A DNA stretch of 63,648 nucleotides, filler included, from Choristocarpus tenellus KU-1152 (lineage: Eukaryota; Protista; Phaeophyceae): NCBI GenBank assembly GCA_964200185.2. It is 9 parts of 9 records of this genome, joined end to end, with 100 filler letters (N's around TTAATTAATTAA, not from the genome) between each part and the next. Parts side by side here need not be neighbours in the genome. Positions count along the whole stretch, not along the records: positions 1 to 6,760 come from CAXNAD020007411.1; positions 6,861 to 11,025 come from CAXNAD020015886.1; positions 11,126 to 18,526 come from CAXNAD020006213.1; 6 more parts are not named here. One strand, given 5' to 3'. Below the pieces are notes generated by a model. That model was not told where the DNA came from. It was given only the letters and a program-made list of their open reading frames with translations, and did no database searches. Within the stretch, counting starts at the first letter, position 1. Each line of letters opens with the position of its first letter. The position numbers and the translations under genes are program-made. This document shows positions 1 through 12,324 of the stretch, in pieces.

Positions 1-2455
1 CCTGTGAGCTTGCTGTGACAGTCATACTCCCCAGCAATTGACTTTACACGATCAAGTGCCCGGTGGCTGACTCCGAGGGCACAGAGGAGGTTGTGGTTCA
101 TTGCAGCGAGACGACCAATATCATCTGCTGACAGTGAGGCCTTTGCTGCTCCCTCCAGGAAGGCGGTACCCACCCCTTCTATGGCACTGAAAAGGAGGTC
201 AGTCGGCTCTGGGAAGCGCTCCCTAAGGCGTCCCACCCCAGCCAACAAGGCACGGGTCTCCCTTGGAACTAGCGTGTTTGTCAGCAGAATGTCTAAATTT
301 GGGAAACCCTCGATGGCCTGTCGTCAGTGGGAACGAGTTAGGTTTCATGATTGCAACCTTTGTGGAGAAATGGCATGGGGTTTTCTAGTCAGCGAGGACA
401 ATCGCTGAAGAGTGGCAAGCTGACTAGAGTAATATCAGCAGGTCAAGCAGTGGTAATGCTGTACTTTTGGGAGAAAGCAAAGGATCGATTGTTCTTCAGG
501 TATGTGTGTGGCACAACACACATGTACATTCTCACAAGTTGATTGGTATTCCAACCAGGGACCGCTATATGTGGGAGCATTTACTGAGTTTTGAGATCCC
601 AAGCATCTGCAGAATAAGAGGAAAATGCAGGGAGAGAGACCCTTCGCCAAGTCACCGCTGGCAAAGAAGAGGAAGTAAAGCAGAGGAAGTAACATAACTT
701 CCCCCCCCCCTCAACCTCTTATGTCGATCTGAAAAGGCAACTGCACCGCTACCAAGGGCTATTCCATCGATAGAAAACCCTTGGTAACAGTCACATTATC
801 CCCACACTCACATCAGTGGTCATTGGTTGGCGCAAATATCTAATAGCACCTCCGAAACAGCTAACGGTGTTGTCCAGTCCTGACGGGTTGCCATGGAGGA
901 GAGTCTCTGCCGCAAAAGCCCAGCTGTTGATCAGATTCAAGTCCTCGGGAGGTGGACGAGTGCATTGATCTCCCCCCACTGTTCCTCCACTCCCATTGCT
1001 GTTATCCAAGGCTTTGTGATTGCCTCCACTTCCCAAGACATGCTCCAGTCTCATTAGTGCAGCCGATGACGCCACACAAAAGGCCGCTGATGAGCCCAGA
1101 CCACCTCCCACTGGAAGAGAAGCGCTAAATGTGGTGACTGACAAGCCTTGAGTGTTGGGGCTGCTCTCCATCATTTGTGGACAGAATAGGAAACATACAA
1201 GTAATTGTAAACACACAGCAAAAATCACTTTATGCTATAGATATGGCACGGGGCATCTTGTTTCTTGGAGGGGATCCCAGCAATGGTCAGTATCGAATAG
1301 CACTGGGTGTGACTATTTTGGTCTCAGACGCAGATTGCCCGCTGTGCTTTATGCAGAAGAAAAGACAATCAATATCATTCCTAGGCAGTAACTGCTTACT
1401 AACATTGAAGTTATACCCCTTGGAGAACTGAATAAAGTACAAAGTGCACCTCCCTAACACCTAGTCACCTGGTTTTTTCAAGGAAGATGCTGGGGACCAA
1501 CGAGAGGCACAGGAATGTTAGCGGCAGCAATGCCTTCTTTTCGACCGCTTCAAAATCTCCCAAGAACTCTTGCAGGAGGTCGAGGTGGCTCGTTGAGGGG
1601 GGCTGTGGCTTGGCGCCTATTGCAATTGGGTTAATGGTTGCAAGAATACACAGATGTTCATGAAAAATTGTCTACTAACAAACAAGGACGCAACGTTCAT
1701 CAAAACGGTTTCCCCATTTCCTACCAAGCGATGGTCAGCCCACCTTTGGCAAGAACACCAGCAAAAAATGAAGCGATATCTTTGATCGGTCGATGAAGAC
1801 AAAGTGGCTTGCCATCAGCATCGCCAAGATCAGGCAGTTCCAGGTGCAAGTGCTCGTCTGACGAGGCTACCTGGGAATCCCACACCGAGGTCGCAAGATA
1901 GTTCGAAGAAAAACCTAAGTTGCATCCGATTTGATCGGGTATTATGTGCTGAATCCTATGAAAGTCGACTGAGAACTGCATCAGAAACGGCCCTGATGCA
2001 AAGTCTTGACGGGGTGGTCAGTTTGGGTTGGCCAAGAATGGTTGGGACCATTGGCGCTACACCGTGTGTTGTCGGTGCCACGGTTAGGCTGGTAAGATAT
2101 ATCTACATAGGAAGATATATCCATATAGGAAGATAACACAGGCAGACAGTAATCTAAAATTTAAATCTTGAGAGAGGGGAGTAGAATGACAATAAGCAGC
2201 ACTTGACCTTAGGATTGGTCTGTCCATGGACGGTTGTTAAGATGGTACGATCATGCTGTTACATTGCAGGGTGTTCCCTATTGTGGAAGCATAACCAAAA
2301 ATGCCATTTGCCTGACTCACAGCTTCGACGACAATGCGCATGTCGGAAACCGCTGCCGCCACCGCCATCTTGCCGTAGACAACTGCATGCTCCCCGAACA
2401 GAATAACCTTGCCAGGGGCTGATGCCACAACCGTAGCTTCCAAGGGGTTAATCAT
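1..2455 (-). CDS. MVK: Mevalonate kinase (GHMP family), 3'-partial; exons 2455-2321, 1870-1744, 1616-1469, 1160-812, 317-<1
   Basis: Motifs APGKVILFGEHAVVYG, LPVGGGLGSSAA, HGNPSGLDN, LLTNT..R.T, MNH.LL.ALGVSH and SKLTG (cut at the window edge). All introns are GT-AG with consistent phases. Confidence 0.95.
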
Positions 2456-2710
2456 GCCAAGTCCCCTGAGCGCCGCAAGGCAATATCGATATAGGACGTC
2501 AGATTACCAGGGCCTTCGACTCGCACCCAGATCAAGCACCCTGCAGTCAACTTCCAGAAGCGATACTTCCTCCATTCAAGACATTATTTTTAACTGGGGA
2601 GTGGTATATTGTACGGAGGCCTACACATAACGCCTCCACTACCTTTGCTTTTACTGTGGCCACAGGGCAGCTTGAACCACATTGTCCTACCTGAGCTCTA
2701 ACTTGGCACG
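2456..2710. promoter_or_regulatory. Probable bidirectional promoter between MVK and the WDR75-like gene
   Basis: The divergent ATGs at 2455 (-) and 2711 (+) are separated by only 255 bp. Confidence 0.6.
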
Positions 2711-5700
2711 ATGCCTTCTCGTAGAAAACGAAGAAAGGAGGATGGTATCGTGTCCGATGCTGTCGTTGCTTCATCCAAGTTGATACCATCGAACATTCTC
2801 ACTTCGCGTCCATCCAGCAGAGTTGAGGAGGTTGTGGATGACACCAGGAAGACAAAGACAAGCTTGGTCGGCAGGTTGCACCGTTGTCCGCCTATCTTCA
2901 ACAGGATGTGAGCAATAGAAACTAATTATGAGCTCGAAGCTGGATCTATTTGTTCCTTACGGTTTTATTCCACTATGCCGCTAAAAGCCGACCAGTCTCA
3001 TCGTAATTCGATCAACCCTACAACATCATTGCAACTCTTCGGACAACCAGGTCAGATATCATCTTCTGCGCTAGCAGCTGCTCTGTCCTTGCCTTGGGCG
3101 TAGAGACTGGAGAGAAGGTGCGAGGCTAGCTTGGCCTGTTAATCTGAGGAGTCAGGATGCTTGTGCAATTGACCTAGGGCATTTTGCAACATCCATCAAT
3201 GAAGGATCGTGTCACATTCGTTGAGGCAACAGTGCTCTTCTTCTTGCTTTGGGGATGGGCACCCTTGTTTCATCATTGCCAATTGCATTGTCCATGAGGT
3301 CCAAGATGCTGGTTACATGTTTTGTCCCCAAACCTCGATGAACTTGGATCTGTGATGTGTACTACTTTCTGCCTCAAACCACAGGTGTTTGCACTTTCAG
3401 GACACACCAGTAATGTTACAGCAATGGTATTGCTCCCGGATGGGTTGATGGGAGGAAATAGCCCTGGACTACTAACTTCAAGCTTGGACAAAACCTTGCG
3501 CCTCTGGGACATTGGTGATGAAAACACACCAAGGATTGAGGTGCGTCATGGGTGTTCGCCGACAACATACATCTGTGGTGCACTTGTGTCTCAACACATT
3601 TAAAAAAGAGAGAGAGAATGATTCAGGAGCCAACCAATCAAGCTTGTCTAATGCTTTGTAGAAATGATTACTGTTGGGGGTTTGCACGCTGAACTGCTCG
3701 ACAATAGCTCCAATCAATCGTATCGCGCACCCACTCGTCCCCTGCTGTTCTACCTCCATAGCTTCAAGCTTTGGTTAAAATATACTTTTTTCGCCATGCA
3801 TTTACAACACCTTGGCAAGCTGTCAACAATAAGTGATTCCTAGGCACACCCTTGGCCTAAATCTTGCCGGTCTTGCCCATTCCTCTTCCCCACATTTGGC
3901 GTCCAAGCAGTCCCGCTGCCGACGTGTATTGGATGTGGGTATGCCAGTGTTCCACCTCTTCCTGGGTGGAGTTGGGAAAAGTGGCAGGTAAGCCTTAACC
4001 CTCTTGATATTGCATTACTTGGGCAACAATGCTGCCAACTGCTTTGAATTGCACTCCTGTTGCCATGCGCATATCTTTCAAACCCCCATATCTGAACTCT
4101 ATTTTGCCCTCCTCCAGTCATAATTCAGCAGCAGGAGTTTCACATTTGAATATCGTTGTTGCACTTTCTCTCTCTCCTTCACACACACGTGCGTACGCAA
4201 CCTCCTACTGATGCGACTTCAATTTGGTTGTTCAAGTGAGGGTGTTATCTTGGTGACAAAAAGGGGAACATCTCGACTTCATGGCCTCTGCCCCAAAGAG
4301 GAAGACAAGAATGCCATTGTGCCTGCGACCACACCATCTAGTAGGAGTGAGGAGGGAGAGGAGTCCATGGTGGAAAGCGACGATGCAGAAAGCGTAATGG
4401 ACTCTGAAGGGGAGGAAGATGACTTTGACGATGATATGAGTGATGATGAAGATAATCTTGACACTGATGTGAAAGAGTGTAAGACCAGTCCAGGGAAATC
4501 CAAGACGAAGGCAGGGGCCGGGGACCTAGATGTTGCCTCCTCGACTGCACCCAGTGCAAGCAAGATAAAGGATAAGAATAAGGTGGTCATGAGAAAGCGT
4601 CAAGCATCGAAGAGTGGCCGCCGGTGGAAGAGCGAAGGGCAGGGAGGTGATGGTACTGACTGGCAGGTGAGTATGAAGACCATTGGAGGGAGGGATTACT
4701 GAGAGGGACAGACTAGTTTTTGGACTGTTGTATCTGTGTGTTGTTGTTGCGCACCTTTGTTAGGTGTCTTATTTTCAAGTACCGCCATGTGCTGCATTTT
4801 CTGGGGTAGTGTGGACAAGCCTTGTTCTGGCCTATGTTAATGTTAGTTTTGTATCCATGTATTGTGTGTGCTGCGCCTCCCTCTCCTTTTGCATTGAGAC
4901 TTCCAAACAACGACCCGTCATCTGATGCACATCTGCTCTACATCCGAGCCTTCGGTGCACTCCAAAGAAATCCAGACAAAGTCCCCTCTATACCGATTTG
5001 ATTTCCATCCCTTTGCCCACCCCCCCCACACCTCTTTGGTACCTCCAGGTTGTGCGCTACTGCCTCAGGACAGGAAAAGCAGAGGCAATACTTCTGGTAG
5101 TACCCAATTGCCAACGATGGGTTGGGACAGTCCACACAAGTGGCACAGCCTCTTTGCCCCATGCCTCAACCTCAGCTACTGCATCTTCCCTCTCATCACG
5201 CCCATCTTCACCAGCGATAATCCTCTCTTCCAATGGACGATCACTCTTGGCAGTAGACTCTGTATCAGCGGAGAGTGTTGTGGTGGCTTCAATGACGCAC
5301 AACATTACTGCCGTTGCAACTGGGGCAGGGGGACAGGTACGATGATGATGGGCTGTTGGAGTTTGGGGGGTGAAAGGGCCTTCCATCTTGCACCAACTTT
5401 GATATTGCCATTCTTTGGGGTGTGGGTTCAAATTATTTGTCTTTTTTTTTGGGGGGGGGGGTGAAATGAAGGGGGGAACTTGTCAGGGACTGGAAGTGCA
5501 GTACAGCTTGCTTTAGGTCAATCCTTGATGTTTCAAATTCCACTTCTCTTGTTTGAACCCCCTTTGCCCTCCTGAAGGTTGTGACTGGACATTTTGACGG
5601 GATGATTGTGCAGTGGCACGGCCTGCTTGAACAGGCAAGGAAGGTTCTCTCAGCTGGGGGTAGCGTGTGTCCCAAGTCTAGATTTTCCACGATGCACTGG

Positions 5701-5741
5701 CATGCCCATCCAATCCGTTGCCTGACTGTGGCTCCTGATGG
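2711..5741 (+). CDS. WDR75: WD40-repeat protein, WDR75/Utp17-like (SSU processome), 3'-partial; exons 2711-2907, 3051-3117, 3385-3540, 3911-3987, 4237-4666, 5049-5336, 5578-5741
   Basis: In-phase GT-AG exons give PPIF..SDIIFC..ETGEKVFALSGHTSNVT, TSSLDKTLRLWD, VTGHFDGMIVQW and TMHWHAHPIRCLTVAPDG. The last resembles the LHWH motif of WDR75. Confidence 0.8.
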
Positions 5742-6760
5742 GTGAGAACATTTGGTCTGTTGGGGTCAGACTGAGGTGCAAATGTGAGGCACACTGAGTT
5801 GTGGGCTTCTAAGGCTCCTGCTTGCGATTACCTGATATGTAGTTCTGGGGCGAATTAAGGTCTATCGATTTTTGTGTAGTGCAGCACAGGTTACCAAAAA
5901 TGTTTATATTTTTTTAATCTGCGTTCAGCAGACCATCTGTGACTTCAAATGAAGTAATGATGTTGATGATGTTGTGAAGTATTGGACGTATTCTGTCGGT
6001 AGTGTGTGTGGTACAACATCTTACAGTTTCGTTGATCCTCCAATACTTAGTTGATGGAAATCACCAACTTTGGCCTCAAAATCGTCAGCCCAAAGATTTG
6101 GATGTTCTTGACCATGTTTGGCACATTGGTGCACTAACGCTCTGAGTGTTCGGTTGCAGCCATCTGTATTGCTCTCTATACATGATAGCCATACTCCATA
6201 TAGACAGGGAAACGATGACGTAACTGAAGTATGGTGTGTATGGATCCATAGATCATGCAATGGATGTGTGGGGATGTTGAACACATAGGTGTAGTGGCCT
6301 GTACATAGGGGGTATATTAGGTCTTTGTGGTATAGATCATACCGATACATTGCAGGCTTGTAGAGTGGTAGTGTTCCTGGGTTTGCTTCTTTAGAGTGTA
6401 GGACAAGTTGTGACAAACACTGTGAATGTGATCTATGGGTAAGTTTAGCGCTTGACTGTTCTGTAGATGAATCAATTACAGGGTCAAAGTATCTTGGGGG
6501 GGGGGGGGGTTCTAGCCCAGGGTATCCTTTCAGGACCTCACTAGGTGTTGGAAAAATAATCTATTTGAGTGTTTTTAGTTGTGTAGGGTTGGTCCTGTTT
6601 TGATGTTCTTGAAGTTTGGAATACTCTGCACCTCAGACATGCTCTTGGCACTTGTAGTGGTGTGGACTGTGTTATAATGTCAAGATCAAAACAAAATCGT
6701 GACATGGAAAAATGAACCCCAAATGGACAGCCACACGTTCCCCCCCCCACCCCTCCCCGT

Positions 6761-6860
6761 NNNNNNNNNNNNNNNNNNNNNNNNNNNNNNNNNNNNNNNN
6801 NNNNTTAATTAATTAANNNNNNNNNNNNNNNNNNNNNNNNNNNNNNNNNNNNNNNNNNNN
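6761..6860. other. Artificial contig linker (N-run TTAATTAATTAA N-run); also at 11026-11125, 18527-18626, 21430-21529, 25372-25471, 47357-47456, 50190-50289 and 53081-53180
   Basis: Identical 100-nt spacer with a core giving stops in all six frames. Genes and elements break off at these points. Confidence 0.97.
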
Positions 6861-6950
6861 GATGTATGCAACTAAATCACCCAAAAATCGCGACATGAAA
6901 AAATTGCTCCCAAATGGACAGCCGCCACCCCCTGCCAGATACTTTGAGCC

Positions 6951-8090
6951 ATAATTTCTACACACCGAGCATCAATCGCCTCAGGGGATGCGGGGCCATA
7001 CTGACTAGAATGCAAGGATATTGCCACGTGCCATTTAGAGAATAAGAGTGGTAAATTCTCTTCTCCAGAACCTGTACTTACCGGACCAGATGGTATTTCC
7101 GAAGCGGAAAACCTGAAACGACTCCCTTCTGACAGTGGTGGTGGGCGTGCAACATCGCTACTCTGTTCAAGGGATCTTACTTGATCGGTGCCGGTTCCCT
7201 GAACTTGAAGTTTCATCAGGTCCTGAAGCCATTCAGGAGGCACGGTATTTGGTCTTGCGCACTCGTTGACATGGTGCGCGACGAACGCTGGTACAGCATC
7301 ACCGAACTTTGCCTGCAAAATTGCCACCTCACAAGTAGTCGAACTTGGGTGTGGGATCAGTTCTTCTTGAAACAAGACTCGACGAGTGTCATGGTCGCCC
7401 GAACTAACATGATGCTCAAGGGTCAACGACACGGGTCTGATACTCGCCTGCCGATCTGTGAGAGGGGAAGGGGGGGAACCACGGTGACTTTCAGCAAGTG
7501 TGGTGGTGCTGGACGACGTCGAGTCGATACCTGATGAGTCAGAATCAAGATGGTGGAAGACTCCATGTCTTCCATGGACTCGTTGCCTTGGGCTTCTTCC
7601 TCTGGTGCTCTTGATGACGCCAGATCCGGAGTTCTGCACTCTTGCGCACGACGTCTTCGCCTCGATATTGAGTTCGGCATCTTTCGTCTGTGGTCAAATA
7701 GAAATTCCTCGTCACCTTATTTCTGAGGACATCGGTGTCGCCAATGTGAATCGTGTGATTCTGTGGCGGCAAGGTTCACTCAGACAAGGGTGGCGAAGAG
7801 AATCACCGGGCAAGACGGATCACACAAACAAGGACGAACCGTGACTGAGGGTACGAGGTTAAGGTTGGACAAGTGCAATCTCAGGAGTGATGAACACCAT
7901 CAAAGGTGGGGCTTCATCACCACCAGTCAAAACGAGAGAATAAAGTGGATCTTCCATGTGTGATATTCTGACAGAAAGTCTGTCCGTGAAATCATGGACT
8001 CTTGACTGGGAACCTCAATCAGTACCACGGTATAACGGTACATGGCATATGGTAATAACAGTATAATAACAGGCAAACATGCTTTCCACA
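6951..8090 (-). mobile_element. 5' part of an LTR retrotransposon (probably Ty3/gypsy-type): LTR 8090-7745, PBS ~7743-7731, gag-like ORF below ~7680
   Basis: On the minus strand the LTR reads TGTGGAAAG...TTCACA and is followed by T-TGGCGACACCG (tRNA-primer-like). Homologous LTR copies lie at 43124-43549 and 25472-25532. The ORF itself shows no diagnostic motif. Confidence 0.7.
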
Positions 8091-8157
8091 CATATAAGCT
8101 ATGTTATATACTTGTGTCAGCACAAATAACGTAAGGATAACACTAGGTTATTCGACA

Positions 8158-9174
8158 ATGGTTCCTGCTTATCCAAGCAACAAAGGGGTCAGCATCAGCA
8201 ATGGTTGCACAATACGAAAACGAGGGTCAGCCAGTCAGCAGAGGGGCTTGGCTAGAGTTAGAAAAGAGACTGCAGAGGACGCGCAGAGGATGAGATCCCC
8301 GTGCAGGTCATCACTTTGGAGGCGAGACTCCGAGAACTACGATACACGGCGTCTCAGGACAGCACCGACATTGTCGTTAAACTCGAGCAACTATTTTCGG
8401 AATTCGAGGAGCTTAAGGAGCCTAAATCCGAAAACATGAAATGGGCATCTATACTGCTTGGGATCAAGGAAGCCATGCCACATGTGTTCACGCAATTAAT
8501 AACGGGCAATCATCTCTTAGACAACTTACCTGCACTCAGTCCAAGACGGGCATGGTGGGGTATTTGCAATGCATGGCAATGTAAGGAACGGTCATTCTCA
8601 GAAGATCAGGGGATCAGCTGGAAGCGGCCCCAAACCAAACCAATGTGCATACTGCTTAAAGATGAACCATCAATGGCAGAAGTATTACTCATGTATGAAT
8701 GGAAAGCCACCTGCAACATGTCCGCCTGGGATGGCACCCGCAAGAACGTTTCCGCTACCTTCACCTGGTGGGAGCAGCAACAAAGTCGACGGAACCAAGC
8801 CTGCTCCTTCTCCACTTTTAAGGTGACAACAGACGAGGAGGTTACAAAGTGTTGTACTCAACTCCTCCAGTGGAATACAAGTCGAGATATTGTGTGACTC
8901 TGGAGCAAACGTACATCTTACACCAGATCGTGAAGATCTCGTAACCACTCAGGGCACCAAACAGACATGCACCTTTGGTAACAATGGGAAATTGGAAGCA
9001 AAGGAAACCGGGGATACGGTTCTAATGGTGATGGACAAGAACGGCAAATCAACAAGAGTGGTTCTGAAGGATATTCTATGGGTGCCAGGTCTACCATGCC
9101 GTATATTGAGTAGTGGAAGTATACGACACAATGGAGGAGAATTTATGGATTCAGGAACAAGTGAGAGTTTATGA
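8158..9174 (+). mobile_element. Ty1/copia gag-protease relic, frameshifted
   Basis: UBN2/gag-like segment LEARLRELRY...KLEQLFSEFEEL, a degenerate zinc knuckle CAYCLKMNHQWQKY, protease CDSGANVHLT and LKDILWVPGLPCRILS. Confidence 0.85.
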
Positions 9175-11333
9175 AGTAATCTGAGTTTTGTGGGGGTAAG
9201 AATTCTGGTTGGCTGGGGGCACAGGACAAGGGAGGGTAGAGAAAAGAAAAAGAAATAAGCAAGAAGGGAATTAGTAGTTAGGGAATGACTGGCTAAGAGA
9301 GGGAGGAGAAAGGTTAAATAAATGAGTGGTAGGAAGAGGGATGGGGAAGAAAGGATCAGTATCTGATAAGAGGGCTGAGAACCAGGGGTAAAGGACGAGG
9401 GGGGCAAGAACAAGACAACCTCCGAGGTAGCTTTCGCCGGAGTAGATCAAGACAGAACTCGAACAATCTTTCTGACAGCTGGAAGAGAGAAAGGTCCGAT
9501 GGAAAAGGCGGGGATGCTTGAGAACCGGATACTGAAATGGTAAGAAAAGGTCCACAAGGTAAGGGAGCTGGTGACTGAGACGATGAAGAACATTGTGGAT
9601 AGGTGTAAGGTAGGAATGGATTGTGGGTAGTGAAATGGGTAGATTCAGACATAATACAAGGGGTATCTGGGGAAATCCATAGAACAAGAAATTACGAAAG
9701 ACTGACCACAATGTTATGATGGAGTGAAACAAGGTTAGACTTGTAAATGATGAATCGGCCAATTCCCACGGTAGTGGCCCTGGTAGAGATGGGAGTACAT
9801 GCTAATTCGATAAGTTATAAACATTAGTACTTTTTAGGTTTGAACACACAGCAGAAAGGGAAAGGGATGAGGGTTTGTCAGAGTTACAGTCTAAGGGGTA
9901 GACGGGACTAGTAGTAGAGTGCGCCGTTTATGCCACAAACATGGTTATTTCATGGAGATCATGATAATAATGGAAACGATAATGGGTCAGGGTAGGAGTA
10001 GTGTACCTGCGCTAATCTTGTAGAGTAAGTGTAGTTTAGATATCGCTCGAAAGGTAAGGCTGGGACTGATACTAGGTTTATATCGATCGGTGATGGAGCG
10101 TGTGGATTGTTTTCCGCTGCTTACATTATTCAAACTAACCCATAGGGCAAAAGGAAATCGAATAGCGTGGGCTAATTTTAGGATGATGTAGAGGGAACCA
10201 CCCTCTTAAGGGTTACGCGCGGAAGTTACGAGGCTAGTGATGGGAATTTTACAAGCACAGGCACCCTGTGAATCAGTGGTTATGCCAGTATGAGTAGCCA
10301 TAGAATTTATGCATTATAGCTACAAACTGGGAGATAACGTGGTACGAGAAACAAAACAAATAAGAAAACCTGTATAGGTATTCCAGGGTACTGAATGAGG
10401 CCACACGTGGTAGGTGGGGATTCTAGGTGGAGCCACAGCTACGAAATTAAGTACAGATAATGGCAGAGTCCCAGATGGGCACGCAGTAGGTCGGAATTTC
10501 AGGTGGAGTGAATGTCACGAAAGTAAGAACTGGGGATTGGGAGTAGATGTATCTCTGCAAAAAAATAGCAACGAGATGCGAGAGTTGAAAGAAAAATGGA
10601 CTGGGCGAGAACATATAACAAATGTGGAGATTAAGAAGGGCACACTAATATAAAGGGGGGGATAGGGGAATGACTAACCGTACCTCCTACACCACCCTGT
10701 ATATAAATGTGGGATAACGTTGTGAATAAAGGGCTACTGCTTACGATGGGAGGTTACATTTGAGGGCTTTAGATTGTATTAAAAAAAAAGGGGTAAGGAG
10801 AGGGACTATAATGTATGACTGTTAAAGGAGGATTTGTGGGCATCCTTTCTACAATTAGTAACAAGTTGCCACAGTGAAGGAAAGTGATACACAAATATAT
10901 AGTGCCCAACAGTGGGATCATAATCACTTCAAGTCAATAAAAAGACAGGGGGGGGGGGGGGGGGGATTCGGGGCACGGGGGGGGGGGGGGGGAGAAAAAG
11001 TGGTGGGTCAAAAACGCCCCCCCGGNNNNNNNNNNNNNNNNNNNNNNNNNNNNNNNNNNNNNNNNNNNNTTAATTAATTAANNNNNNNNNNNNNNNNNNN
11101 NNNNNNNNNNNNNNNNNNNNNNNNNAAAAGAATAAAAACCCCCACACAAAAAAAAACCACTCAGCCCAACCCCAACAAAACTCACACCCCTCCCCCCCCC
11201 CCCCCCCCCCCCTCTCCACATACCCCTAACATTCCTGGAACAAACAACAAATACCCACTCACTCGAGTTTGATAGGGGATATTTGGATAGGGGAGCGTAC
11301 CTTAACGAACGGAAGGAACTCTCGGTTGGATTG

Positions 11334-11914
11334 TCACCGAAATCTACCCCAAGGATGTAACACTCCCACTCCGTCTTTCGCGATCTTTACTTTCAGAGTC
11401 ACCGTTTTTTCGGGCTCCCCAAACCTTACACCCTCTTGACGCTCAATAGCACAAACATGTAGTCCATTAGGTAGTTTCTCCTTCAGTTGCCGGGGTGTGC
11501 TGCGGCCCTCAGCGTACCACACCCCATCGAATGACATGTTGTCGAGTATCTCCGGAGAAAATCGACGCCAGCTGCAATATCCGAAACCAGGCGGAGATGT
11601 ATGCAACAAGCGCTATGTCATGATGAATACACATACCGATGTGGAAGTAGACTTGACTTGGCGAGAAATGGTGCTCACTCACTGCCCTCACTCGGCCCTT
11701 CTATCACCAATGCGGTGCAGAGGATTACATAGGTGCCAAATCCACTACTACCCAGCGGGGACTCACGCATGGATGATGTCAAAGACCTTGAAACAGACGG
11801 GAGGTGTCTTGATCCGAGGAACATCGATTCCCTAGACCTGGGTCACCTCACGTAACGTACTGGGAAGAATACATCCGTGCAAGTTTGCATGGACCTTCTA
11901 GATGGAAGGTAAGG
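11334..11914 (-). pseudogene. Adenosine deaminase-like (ADAL/MAPDA) gene fragment, heavily substituted, with in-frame TAG stops
   Basis: Minus-strand translation LPSI*KVHANLHGCILPSTLREVTQV*...CFKVFDIIH ends at a GTGAGT donor near 11766. It continues as RRFSPEILDNMSFDGVWYAEGRSTPRQL. These match the family pattern LPK.ELHAHL.G.I..STL / F..FD.IH / E...D...V.Y.E.RTTP. Confidence 0.7.
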
Positions 11915-12324
11915 AAAACAGAGTAATCTCGCTTGGAAGAACAACAATAGCGTAACAACAGTGGAACACGAAAATGACTAATGTTGAAAGCAATGTCTCT
12001 TATCTTTCATTCATGTCTTTCACATCGGCCACACCCTCCCATTTCGGCACCCCTCAAGCAAGCTGTACAAACCTACCTTCACTTTACAATTGATTCCAGC
12101 AAAGTGAAGCAATTCCGAGTGAGGGTGGTAGCACATGTAGGTGTCTATTGCATAGTTGAGAATTGAAGTTACTGGAAAGGACTATAGTAACAATATTCAC
12201 TTTGCACTATATTCGAAGGCGGTTTTTCCAATTCCGATGGCTGTTGTTGCCCTCATCATAGTCCCCAGCCCCTCCCCTTCCCACCACCCCCTGACAGGCT
12301 GCTCGCCTGTAAGGATCTACAGAG

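Noticed and set aside
11830-11900. TAG reassignment or readthrough in the ADAL-like gene
   Set aside because: Intact genes in the window have no in-frame TAG, and the surrounding codons are also corrupted.
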